Shown in pieces: positions 40,741 through 50,446 of a stretch of DNA of 64,000 nt (position 1 is its first letter; every line of letters begins with the position of its first letter). Position numbers and translations under genes: made by a program. Origin of the DNA: Pseudomonadota bacterium (lineage in GTDB: Bacteria > Bdellovibrionota_C > UBA2361 > OMII01); NCBI GenBank assembly GCA_038134595.1, contig JAYPVM010000002.1, positions 70,887 through 134,886 on the forward strand, given 5' to 3'. Below the pieces are notes generated by a model. It searched no databases, was not told the DNA's origin, and was given only the letters and a program-made list of their open reading frames with translations.

Positions 40741-43251
40741 CTAGTGGGTTGGCATATTTATGTCTGTTGATGGCAACGCACTGAATAACTCAACAGACGG
40801 AAGCGCAGTTGCCACCTCTTGCACAATTAAGGCTGCATTTCGTATGGCGTCGAGAAATTCACGAAGTTTTTCATGAGCCACGGGTTGTTTCTCATAAAGG
40901 AGCGTTTCCTCGAGGCAGTTGCCGAGCGAAGCCGCAGTTTCAGCTCCAACATCGAGAAGTAGACCCTTGATGGCATGAATGCATCTGCCTAGAGATTCAC
41001 TGTCACTGGGGTTGTCGATCGACTCCTCAAGTGTCTTAATCAATGGACGGTATGAATCAATAAATCCCTGGAGAATGAGACCAGTTCTTTTTATGGAGTT
41101 CCCGGAGCGCTCATACACATCGCTTATGTTAATCGATTGGTCGAGTAGGACGGGACAGAGCTCTTGGATGTCGGCTGAGAAGCTCGAGACCCGTTCCGAT
41201 ACCGCTGTTGCCACCTTACACAATTGCTCGATAATCTCGGAGTCCGACTGTCTACGAGAGAGCTCTTTCTCCGAATACTGTACTTCACAGGTTATTTGCG
41301 AGAGTAAATTACTGAGCCGTTTGGGGCTGATGGGCTTTGTAATGATGTGATCAATACCCGAAGCGAGCATTTTTGAGCATTCCTCTGGAAACGCATAGGA
41401 CGTAACCGCGACAATAGGTAGTTTCTTGCGTGGTGAAACTTCGCGCTCAAGTTTTCTAAAGTTTTGAGTTGCCGTTAAGCCGTCCATAACAGGCATCTGT
41501 ATATCTGTAAGAACGAGATCAAACGGTAATTTCGAGCTAGAAGAGTTTGACATGGAAATGATACGCTCGAGAAGGTCTCTGCCGTTTTCGACCACTTCCA
41601 CGTCGTGTCCGGCATCTTCGAGTAGATTTTTCAGTATAATTCGATTGGTTTGCGCATCATCAGCTACAATGATTCGAAGTCGATGCGAAGAGCGCTCGGT
41701 AATGTCATCAGTTAGATCGAGAGCAGTGCTCGGCACCAACGAGCCTTCCGCCGCAAGCAACAGGTCAAGAGCAGAGGTGGGTTGTAGCGACCATATGAGA
41801 TTACGGGAGTCTAGGGATATTTCCATACTCGCGATCTCTGATCCCTTTACAGATAAAATGACAGGACGCTGGCAGGAAGCAGCTTTTTCGATCAGCGGAT
41901 TGAGATCGTCAATCGTTGTGCTCTCTGATTTTTCGATAAACAGTGCGTCGAACGTTTCAATCGACTCGCTGACAGCGTTGATAGCGGAACCGGAATCAAG
42001 CGAGAATGTACTCACCGAGGATCCATAGGATTGCAAGGTATGTGCAAGCGTTTTACTTCGCTTAGATGGAGATGCAAGTACAGCTATCGCCTTTGGTTGT
42101 GGAGCGTACGTTTCAAATGACGACTCATCATCCACTTCAAACGGAATAGACAGGGTGAACGTAGATCCCTTTTTCGGTGTGCTCGATACAGCGACCGTTC
42201 CTCCCATAGACTCGACCAGTTGTTTAACGATAGCTAGCCCCAGTCCAGTTCCGGGGTAGAGCCTGGCAGTCACTTCATCAGCAGTGGTAAACGGGTCGAA
42301 AATACGACTGAGCTTGTCTGACGGTATACCGATACCTGAGTCTGAAACTACTATTTGTACACCCATTTTACTGTGAGATTCGACGGGGAATCGAGAGATC
42401 TGCAGGCTCACGAAGCCTTCTTCAGTAAATTTAAAACTATTGCCGAGAAGATTCGTTAAGATGTTTTGTATTCGACCGGCATCGCCAATCAGGTTTTTAG
42501 CTAGTCCTGGTTCGATGTCCCACATGAATTCTAGTGAGGGTTTTTCTTCGAATCTGGGAATAAGGTGCTCCACAGAGGAACGAACCGTTGCTACTAAATC
42601 GAAGGGTTTGTTTTCAAGAGAGAGAGAGCCTCCTTGCATCTTTGAATAATCAAGCACCTCGTTTATCGTTCCAAGGAGCGCATGGGCAGAATCCTGAGCC
42701 ATTTGGATGTATTGTTTCTTTCCTTGGGAAGTTTCTTGTTTCAACAGAATCCGAAGCATCCCGGTAATACTGTGGATCGGTGTCCGGAGCTCATGAGAGA
42801 CCTTTGCGATAAAGACGGACTTTCCCTTATTTGCTTGTTCCGCATCGTACTGGGCTTGAAGCATATTTAGATAGGTGTCTTCGGTTGTATCCAGTATAGA
42901 GTTTACTGCGTCGACTAAATCGTTTGCGACCGGCGTGGCCTGTTTCGGGAGTCGCAAGCTTAGGTTTGTTGACGCCGCGAGCGTCCGCATGTGTCTAGAG
43001 AGTCGTGCAATGGTTTTAGTAATCGACGTTTTAACCACAACGGCCGATACAGTGCCGCCAAGTAGAAGTCCTATACATAGAGAGCCGAGAATTAATGCTA
43101 ATGGAGGGATGCTCTGTATCGAGCTTTCGATGGTTTGTAAGACGGTGTTGGACGCATAGTTTTCCACAAGCAGTACCGTTGTAAGACCGGCAAGGATCGG
43201 AGTCAGTAAGAGCCCAATGGAGGTAGTAACCAAGAACAGTAAAGATTTCAT
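40741..43251 (-). CDS. Hybrid sensor histidine kinase (TM, HisKA, HATPase, degenerate REC, REC, HPt-like)
   Basis: SHELRTP, NLLGNSFKFT, DSGIGI, GTGLGL, REC ADD...TDIQMP...KP, HPt-like IHAIKG. Confidence 0.92.
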   Translation of the reverse strand: MKSLLFLVTTSIGLLLTPILAGLTTVLLVENYASNTVLQTIESSIQSIPPLALILGSLCIGLLLGGTVSAVVVKTSITKTIARLSRHMRTLAASTNLSLRLPKQATPVANDLVDAVNSILDTTEDTYLNMLQAQYDAEQANKGKSVFIAKVSHELRTPIHSITGMLRILLKQETSQGKKQYIQMAQDSAHALLGTINEVLDYSKMQGGSLSLENKPFDLVATVRSSVEHLIPRFEEKPSLEFMWDIEPGLAKNLIGDAGRIQNILTNLLGNSFKFTEEGFVSLQISRFPVESHSKMGVQIVVSDSGIGIPSDKLSRIFDPFTTADEVTARLYPGTGLGLAIVKQLVESMGGTVAVSSTPKKGSTFTLSIPFEVDDESSFETYAPQPKAIAVLASPSKRSKTLAHTLQSYGSSVSTFSLDSGSAINAVSESIETFDALFIEKSESTTIDDLNPLIEKAASCQRPVILSVKGSEIASMEISLDSRNLIWSLQPTSALDLLLAAEGSLVPSTALDLTDDITERSSHRLRIIVADDAQTNRIILKNLLEDAGHDVEVVENGRDLLERIISMSNSSSSKLPFDLVLTDIQMPVMDGLTATQNFRKLEREVSPRKKLPIVAVTSYAFPEECSKMLASGIDHIITKPISPKRLSNLLSQITCEVQYSEKELSRRQSDSEIIEQLCKVATAVSERVSSFSADIQELCPVLLDQSINISDVYERSGNSIKRTGLILQGFIDSYRPLIKTLEESIDNPSDSESLGRCIHAIKGLLLDVGAETAASLGNCLEETLLYEKQPVAHEKLREFLDAIRNAALIVQEVATALPSVELFSALPSTDINMPTH

Positions 43252-43535
43252 AAACCGATAGCCCTAACGCACTAGTTCGTTAAACAGCCAAAAAACCGAG
43301 AAACTACTTTTTTCCAATCCTTGGGCTACGGAGGTAGGAGACCCCTCGCAGAATAGAACACTACACACACACAGTCGCTAAGACCTACTCACTTGTCTCT
43401 GACCAACTCACGTGCTCCGCTCCGTGGTGCATCGTGCTTAGAGCGACTCTGGTAAAGAAGAAGTCGGCTATGCGTATGATTCCCTTGAGTGGAAATAGAT
43501 CGCAACGACCTAAAATAGCTAAACTACTGAAGTAT

Positions 43536-44927
43536 TTATTGTTTTCTGGCTTGCCGCGATAGGGTTCTTCGGAACATTGACGCGCCAAATATAAACATAA
43601 GAGGGTAGAGCGGCAGAAGATAGCGGGGAAATTTAACCTGAAAATATCCAGTGGCTAGGAAAAAAACACAAAGAAAAATGAGTGGGATTACTTCGGCACT
43701 TAGCGGATTTGTCAGGAACTCATGGCGTACTGTTCGGTGTATTAGCTCAAAGATTGTAGAGATAATCGCGCGCATAACCCCAGCTACAGAGACAATAAAA
43801 AGAGGAATACCCATGGTATAGAAGAGCATCTGCTTTAAGTGATACAGATACGGCATAGTATGCTCATACTGAATAGTGTAGGGCGGGCGCCAAAACCCTC
43901 GAACCATGCTGGTTTGCTCCGATGTGTGTTTCTGAAATGTAGTAAAATCTAAAATTGCATACGGTTCGGCAAGGGTAAATACCAACATCCCCAATGCAAG
44001 ACTTGCAAACAAGAACGAGATGGGTTTGCTAAGACGTCGCAGCAGGAGGCTTATAGCGGCGAGAAATGGGATAGAGGCCGGAATCAAAAATGCTGTTTCA
44101 TCGATTCGGTAGCCAAGCATCTTGGGGTATCCCTTCCAGAATGTGAGTTGTTGTATCAATATGAGCAGCAATCCACAGACGGTAATTATTGCGAAAGTTT
44201 TAATTGGTCGACGCCACGATGCCGATGGAAACCAGTCTTTGAGAGCGGCTATACCTATGACGACTGCCAGGGGCACGAACAGGAATACGGAACTAATTTT
44301 AGTCGCCGTAGCCAATCCAACACAAAATCCGAAAAGCAGATAGTCCTTTAGCCGGTTTCGTTGGTAGGCGCGAACAAGAGCGATGAGGGAGATCAGAGCA
44401 ATTGTTGTCAATGTGACATCACTGGTAAAAAAACGCGAAAGCTGAAGATGAAACACGTTCGTTGCCATAAAAAAGGCAGCAATAAGACCGATTCCAGAGC
44501 TTCGGTATAACAGTAGGCTCAAATAGTACACAAGTCCGATACAAGCGCTCCCCATCAGGAGGCAGAATGTCCTTCCCGTCACAAAATACCCGTCGTACGT
44601 GGATGGATTAATCCAAATCCAGTCGCCGTTTTGGGTTAGCATGGGAATAGAAACTTTAAAGAGAGCGACGACTTTGGCGAATCCCCATGCGGCATAAAAA
44701 GAAAATGAACCGTATGCAAACGACTTTGGATTCATGTTGTTTCGCTCAAGTGTGCTGGTAACCTGTACGATGTGTCGCTCGTCAGGGTGGGTGCCAATGG
44801 CATGGAATATCCCTGTGGACCGTAGGATAATTCCTGCTACAATCAGCACGAAGAGAATCGAGAGGTCCCTTTTTTTCGAGAAAACCCAAGTGGTTGGAGC
44901 GGCTGGGGGGGTGCTTTGCGTAGTCAT
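43536..44927 (-). CDS. Glycosyltransferase family 39/PMT-like membrane protein (apparent N-terminal half)
   Basis: HPDER, FAYGSF, HLQLSRFFTSD, GLATATKIS, PPYTIQY, KFPRYLLP; start could be 44963. Confidence 0.82.
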   Translation of the reverse strand: MTTQSTPPAAPTTWVFSKKRDLSILFVLIVAGIILRSTGIFHAIGTHPDERHIVQVTSTLERNNMNPKSFAYGSFSFYAAWGFAKVVALFKVSIPMLTQNGDWIWINPSTYDGYFVTGRTFCLLMGSACIGLVYYLSLLLYRSSGIGLIAAFFMATNVFHLQLSRFFTSDVTLTTIALISLIALVRAYQRNRLKDYLLFGFCVGLATATKISSVFLFVPLAVVIGIAALKDWFPSASWRRPIKTFAIITVCGLLLILIQQLTFWKGYPKMLGYRIDETAFLIPASIPFLAAISLLLRRLSKPISFLFASLALGMLVFTLAEPYAILDFTTFQKHTSEQTSMVRGFWRPPYTIQYEHTMPYLYHLKQMLFYTMGIPLFIVSVAGVMRAIISTIFELIHRTVRHEFLTNPLSAEVIPLIFLCVFFLATGYFQVKFPRYLLPLYPLMFIFGASMFRRTLSRQARKQ

Positions 44928-45211
44928 GCTCAAAAGGTTACTTGTTATTAGCGGCGACGACAATTGGCAAAATTACTCGGTTGAAAGGCTGCTTGTACGG
45001 GGCAAAGGCATGCCAGAAAGGTACCCTGAGAAATCGCACGCATGTCGGTGCTATGGTCAGTAGTCGGGCGTTTATAATGAAAAGCGACCCGATAGGGCAG
45101 TGTGCCATTTATTACGGGAGCGTCTGTTGATGACAACGATGCGCAAGTGAGTTTTGCAAGCCTCTAGAAAGTCAAAAAAACGCCTCGCCAAACATCGGAA
45201 TACATTTCATT

Positions 45212-47014
45212 ATGCATGGTATGAACATCGTTACGTTTTGTACTAAGCACGCCGGTAAACTAATTCTTTTTCTTGTTTCTGGATTTTGTCTCTTCTATGC
45301 ATTGGCCTTTGTTCGCCTTTACTTTATGGAGCATCCTTACCGGGTTGCCTCGCGGTGGATTTACGAGAATGTACCTGCTGGCAGCACGATAATTGGACCG
45401 CATTGGGATGATAGGGTTCCAGTTGGTATCGGAGCGTTTAATGGCTCTCGGTATAAGATGGAAGGGCGGGACTATGAATTCCCACTTTATGAGCGAGATA
45501 CGCCGCGGATAGCGAGTCTTTTGACATCACGCCTTAGCGCAACAGATTACATTGCGTTTGCCACCCCACGGGCAATTGATTCGGTTCCGCGAATTCCCGA
45601 CGAGTATCCCAACACCACTGCGTTGTTGCGATTGCTGTGGGCCGAAAAACTAGGGTTTAAATTAGTGTATTCCACCAAGAATCGCCCAGCATTATTTGGA
45701 TTTAGTTTTAATGATGATTTGGCCGACGAGAGTTTTTCTGTCTACGACCATCCAAAGGTCGTAGTATTTCAAAACGTCGAAAGATTGTCGCAAGAGGAGA
45801 TCACCCTCCGCATTCAATCGGCGAAGGAATTCGGCCCCTTACCCACGATGGATGAGATGCTGTTGATGGATGAGGGGGGCTGGGAGCCCGCTCAACCAAT
45901 ATGGCCTGCCGAGTGGACGATATATCTTCAAGGTGTTGCGCTGATTCAAGTGATGGCGACCTGCTTTGTGTTTCTATTCGGTGGGGTGTTAAAACGCTTT
46001 CCCGCGTCGGTTTCGGTGGGGCTGGCACCTCTTGGAGGTGTGCTTTTAACCGTTGGTGTTTTTCTGGTGGGAGCAAAGATACGTCTGCTTACCTTTACAA
46101 AAGAGGGGATGTTGGCGGTAGTTGTGCTGCTGTCAACTCTTGCCCTTCTTCGCGCTATTTTCTCGGATTCCAGTCGATCTCACGGGTATCTCTACTGTCG
46201 TCGCGGGCTGCCTTTGAGTCTTGTTATATTGTTGTTGGGAAGCGGACTTTCCCTTGTAATGCTTTCGCTTCGAGCGGATGCAATGGACATCAGTGATTAT
46301 GTGGAACAGGCATATCTGTGGTATGTAGCAGGGGCATCGACACTCCCAAGTTGGGAGTTGTTTGACGGGTCGAAAGCATTTTCTTTGTGGCATTTTGATA
46401 GGTTGTTGTTTGGTTCGCTAATGAAAGTTTTTAGCGGTATGGAACAACACATGTTTAGTCTCATGTTTCTTCTATCAGGGGCGCTTGTATGTGGTCTGAC
46501 TTTCTCATTGGTAAGTGCCGTTGTTCGTTCGACACGAAGCGGGATTGTAGCGACGGTTTTACTTGTCATTCCTCTTTTCTATGTTGGTTTTGCTCAGCGT
46601 CTTAAGGTAAATACAGCAATCGGTGCCGGATACTCTTTAGAGGATGCGAGGGTTTTTTCAAAGCTTGGTAGATGGATATCTGAAGAGGTTAAGGGCGGGG
46701 CTGTGGTTGGCGAGACTTGTATCTCTTCGTCGGTAGTTGGGCTATCAGGTGCTCCTTCGGTGCCGATAGCGCACGGATTAGAGCGGGGGGAATGTCCCAA
46801 TGTTGACGCTGTGGTCTTGTACAATCAGCTCATGAAACAGGGAGTTGAATTGTTTTTGGTCGATATGAGAGCAAAGAGTGCCCATGGGGTTTCTGACGCG
46901 ACATTGCTAGAAGCTCGCCCGGATCTATTTTCTAGGGCGTATGATAGCGATTCGATTGCTGTATATGTACCGGCTTTTTCAAAGCACTATGCTCTGCTCC
47001 CCCGAGATTCTTAG
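45212..47014 (+). CDS. Membrane protein resembling the C-terminal part of GT39 proteins plus a degenerate DUF2298-like region
   Basis: HPYRVASRWIYENVP, HWDD, LADESFSVYDHPKV, followed by multiple TM segments. Confidence 0.65.
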   Translation: MHGMNIVTFCTKHAGKLILFLVSGFCLFYALAFVRLYFMEHPYRVASRWIYENVPAGSTIIGPHWDDRVPVGIGAFNGSRYKMEGRDYEFPLYERDTPRIASLLTSRLSATDYIAFATPRAIDSVPRIPDEYPNTTALLRLLWAEKLGFKLVYSTKNRPALFGFSFNDDLADESFSVYDHPKVVVFQNVERLSQEEITLRIQSAKEFGPLPTMDEMLLMDEGGWEPAQPIWPAEWTIYLQGVALIQVMATCFVFLFGGVLKRFPASVSVGLAPLGGVLLTVGVFLVGAKIRLLTFTKEGMLAVVVLLSTLALLRAIFSDSSRSHGYLYCRRGLPLSLVILLLGSGLSLVMLSLRADAMDISDYVEQAYLWYVAGASTLPSWELFDGSKAFSLWHFDRLLFGSLMKVFSGMEQHMFSLMFLLSGALVCGLTFSLVSAVVRSTRSGIVATVLLVIPLFYVGFAQRLKVNTAIGAGYSLEDARVFSKLGRWISEEVKGGAVVGETCISSSVVGLSGAPSVPIAHGLERGECPNVDAVVLYNQLMKQGVELFLVDMRAKSAHGVSDATLLEARPDLFSRAYDSDSIAVYVPAFSKHYALLPRDS

Positions 47015-47028
47015 ATTCTTAGATTCTT
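47005..47028 (+). repeat. AGATTCTT x3 tandem repeat spanning the stop codon at 47012-47014
   Basis: Read directly. Confidence 0.9.
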
Positions 47029-47122
47029 GCGCTAAAGTATGCTACCGTCTCTTGTTAGATAGCGCAGGTCACGAAGCCCGTAGTGGAGGGCGATTTTCGT
47101 GAAAACAAGAGTAGGAGGGGGT

Positions 47123-48493
47123 ATGGGACAGCCCGTAGCAAAGCAAGAAGACCAGGAGGCCGTTAGACCGCCATCAACAGGTGAGGAGGTGCCTTTGGGG
47201 CAAGGGTCTGAAGGTCTGCAAGCCAATCTTGATTATTATGAAGGTGGTCCTTCTCTATTTGCAAGTCAAACTGATTATCAGAAACGTTCTAAAAGGATCT
47301 GGTGGATTGCAACGCTTCTGTTTGTTGCTATGACGGCGGTGTTTGTTATCGCCACTGTTTTTCAAGAACTATCGCCGGCAATGCCTTTTGTGCAAGCCTT
47401 CGCTGAGGCTGCAATGATTGGAGCTCTTGCAGATTGGTTTGCCGTAGTTGCTCTTTTTCGCAGACCTCTTGGACTACCTATTCCGCATACGGGAATCATT
47501 TCGAGAAACAAATCAAGAATCGGCCGGAGTATAGGATTGTTTGTTCAGAAGAACTTCCTTACACAGGAGGTTTTAGAGGATGAGGCGGTCAATATCTCAG
47601 GAGCCGTTGGGCGATTTTTGCAGAGCAAGGCAAATCGCAGTCGGGTGTTAAGTCGTGTACGGTTGTTGTTGCCTCGGATTGTTTCAGTGTTAAACGACGA
47701 GGACGTGAAAGACTTTTTATCGAAGGAGATAGAGCTCGCTGTTCAAAAAATGGATGCTCCAAAAATAGTAGCGAAAACGCTACGTGGCTTAACGAGCAAT
47801 CAACTTCACGAGTCGATATTAGATGAGGTCTTGTTGCAGTTGCAAATGGGATTTAGAGCAAATCAGTTGTGGTTTCGCCAACAGCTGCGAGAGGCTAGTC
47901 CGTGGTTTATTCCAGAATTTGTGGATAGCAAAATTTACGATGCTATTGTGGCGAAAGCTGAAACTACATTGAGTCAGGCGCTTGCTAATAAGGATCACGA
48001 GTTTCGCCGAAGACTCGTTCGTTCTGTGTTTTCGTGTGTTGTTCGCTTGGAAACCTCTGAGGAGCTTCAGCATAAGCTACAAATGGGAAAACAGGCACTA
48101 CTGGATAGTGATGTGTTTCGTCAATACGTTGCAGCGCTCCGAAATAGCATGTTGCAGACCTTGGAAAGAGATGTGGCAAGCCAAGAGTCTGTTATCATTT
48201 CAGCTGTTGAAAGAGTGCTGGAGGATCTGATGGAAACTCTGTCGAGTTCGCCGCAGTTTCAACGAAAGTGTAATCGCATCGTTCGAAACATCTTGAGCGC
48301 TCTTGTCGGCCAGGATAGTAGCCTTGTGGCCGATCTAATATCGCGCACTGTAGATGGCTGGGATGTACAAACGTTCTCAAAGAAGTTAGAGGAGCAGGTC
48401 GGAGCCGACTTGCAGTTTATACGAATAAACGGCACGTTAGTCGGTGGGACAGCTGGAGTCGCGCTTTATACCGTAGCGCGTTATTTTCATTAG
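47123..48493 (+). CDS. DUF445 family protein (YjiN-like)
   Basis: AEAAMIGALADWFAVVALFRRPLGLPIPHTGII and DLQFIRINGTLVGG; ATG 47123 with AGGAGG SD. Confidence 0.9.
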   Translation: MGQPVAKQEDQEAVRPPSTGEEVPLGQGSEGLQANLDYYEGGPSLFASQTDYQKRSKRIWWIATLLFVAMTAVFVIATVFQELSPAMPFVQAFAEAAMIGALADWFAVVALFRRPLGLPIPHTGIISRNKSRIGRSIGLFVQKNFLTQEVLEDEAVNISGAVGRFLQSKANRSRVLSRVRLLLPRIVSVLNDEDVKDFLSKEIELAVQKMDAPKIVAKTLRGLTSNQLHESILDEVLLQLQMGFRANQLWFRQQLREASPWFIPEFVDSKIYDAIVAKAETTLSQALANKDHEFRRRLVRSVFSCVVRLETSEELQHKLQMGKQALLDSDVFRQYVAALRNSMLQTLERDVASQESVIISAVERVLEDLMETLSSSPQFQRKCNRIVRNILSALVGQDSSLVADLISRTVDGWDVQTFSKKLEEQVGADLQFIRINGTLVGGTAGVALYTVARYFH

Positions 48494-48697
48494 ACTCGAT
48501 GCGTGGATGGGCTTTTTGCGATAACGCCCAGTTTGCTGTTAGGCGATGACCACGTTGCCTTTCGGTCATGATGGGCGATGTAAGTTTTAAGGGGGAATGT
48601 TACTGTGTGTGGGCACTTCTGTCTGCGGTTGAGGGCCGCGATGGCATAAATATCTTTTATGGAGATATTTTGTGCGACCCCCAACCGTCTATGTGAG

Positions 48698-49309
48698 CTA
48701 CGCTCGGTTAGCGTACTGCTCTGCTACTACATCCCAGTTTAGCACATTCCAGAACGCATCGATGTAATCTGGTCGACGGTTTTGGTAGTTGAGATAATAC
48801 GCATGCTCCCATACGTCGAGACCCAAGATTGCATGTTTTCCCTCCATAGCTGGATTGTCCTGGTTTGGTGTTGAGGTGATTGATACCGAGCCGTCGCTGT
48901 TTGCTACAAGCCAGGCCCAACCAGAGCCAAACCTTCCGACTCCCGCGGCCTTAAAAGCTGTCTTGAAGGAGTCAGTGTCACCGTATGCGGCCTCGATAGC
49001 TTTTGCTAGATCTCCTTGTGGGGTAGTGCTTCCACCGGGAGTAAGAAGCTTCCAGAATAAGTCGTGGTTCCAGTGCCCACCACCATTATTGCGCACCGCT
49101 GTACGAATCTCCTCTGGTACAGAGTTGAGATCGGCCAGCAGGGCATCAAGCGGCATACTTTGGAGCTCTGTATGACCGTTTAGTGCCTCGTTTAGCTTTG
49201 TTACGTAGGCCTGATGGTGCTTTCCGTGGTGGATCTCCATGGTGCGAGCGTCGATGTGCGGCTCAAGAGCAGATGCTGCATACGGAAGCGGTGATAATTC
49301 AAATGCCAT
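48698..49309 (-). CDS. sodA: Superoxide dismutase, probably Mn-type
   Basis: [36 protein letters not shown]. Confidence 0.93.
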   Translation of the reverse strand: MAFELSPLPYAASALEPHIDARTMEIHHGKHHQAYVTKLNEALNGHTELQSMPLDALLADLNSVPEEIRTAVRNNGGGHWNHDLFWKLLTPGGSTTPQGDLAKAIEAAYGDTDSFKTAFKAAGVGRFGSGWAWLVANSDGSVSITSTPNQDNPAMEGKHAILGLDVWEHAYYLNYQNRRPDYIDAFWNVLNWDVVAEQYANRA

Positions 49310-49468
49310 GGTGAGATCTCCTTTGGTTTAAGTCTCTATGAGTTGATTGTGTCAGATACGGAGCCACGAGAGGGGTGATCGCCACTATACGTAAGCTCAA
49401 TGGATATGTTCATACCGTGTGGAGGGACTTCTTGCAAGAAATAATGGTGTTGTTGGAGTCCGTAGTGT

Positions 49469-50446
49469 CTACGAATTAGGGGCGGGTATTCTCTTTTTGT
49501 AGAACGACCGAGCGAGTTCTTCTGCGACGGTACCTGCGAGAATTACCCCTCCAATTATAGCGAATTCAAGTTGAGTGGGAATGCCGATAAGCACTATGGC
49601 ATTTCTAAGTACCTGCATTAGCATGGTGCCTAGTAGCACTCCTACAATACTTGATTCTCCACCCCGAAGAGAACATCCTCCAAGCACTGCAGCTGCGATA
49701 GCGTAGAGCTCATAAAAGTTGCCAAAGTCAGATGGCTGAGCCGAATTAACATCCATTATGAAAAACACGCCGCCTAATCCTGAAAGGAGAGCGCATAATA
49801 AATATGCTGTCACGGTGACTTTGACGGTATCTACACCACTGTACCGAGCGGCAAGCTCGTTGCGCCCTATTGCCTTTAGATACAGACCAAAGGGCGTGTA
49901 GTTCATGACGAGTCCAGCAAGTATACCGATCGTTAGAGCGATAAAAACGATGTACGGAATTCCGACAGGCAGTAGGGGCTCTAGGGAGAAGCGGTGTAGG
50001 ATTAGCCCCCGAAGCGATTCAAGACTGGAGCCAAACCCTTGGGTTTGGTCGCCGGTAATTCCCCGAGCGATCCCTCGGTATAAGAGGAGCCCACAGAGGG
50101 TAATAATAAAGGGTTGGAGCTTTAGCTTGGTTGTCAACAGTCCGTGACAAAGACCTAGTAGGCACGCAATGCCAAGTAATACGGGAATCGCTGTAAACCA
50201 CGGGATCCCCATCTTGGTGGTAGCCCACGGCAAAAGTGTTCCTATGAGACACACCATAGATCCAATTGATAAATCGATGCCCCCAGTGGTTATTACAAAC
50301 GAGACGGCAACGCTTAAGATCGAAAATAAGGCGGTCCGCCGCAAAAGATTCTCGATATTAACGGGTGCCAGAAAACGCTCGTTGAGAATAAATGTAATGA
50401 TGCAGGATAAGAGTAGAAGAATAATGAGTCCGAGGTTTTTTTTCAT
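49469..50446 (-). CDS. Monosaccharide ABC transporter permease (RbsC-like)
   Basis: GGIDLSIG, PFIITL, AIGRNELAARYSG, YELYAIAAAVLGG. Confidence 0.93.
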   Translation of the reverse strand: MKKNLGLIILLLLSCIITFILNERFLAPVNIENLLRRTALFSILSVAVSFVITTGGIDLSIGSMVCLIGTLLPWATTKMGIPWFTAIPVLLGIACLLGLCHGLLTTKLKLQPFIITLCGLLLYRGIARGITGDQTQGFGSSLESLRGLILHRFSLEPLLPVGIPYIVFIALTIGILAGLVMNYTPFGLYLKAIGRNELAARYSGVDTVKVTVTAYLLCALLSGLGGVFFIMDVNSAQPSDFGNFYELYAIAAAVLGGCSLRGGESSIVGVLLGTMLMQVLRNAIVLIGIPTQLEFAIIGGVILAGTVAEELARSFYKKRIPAPNS

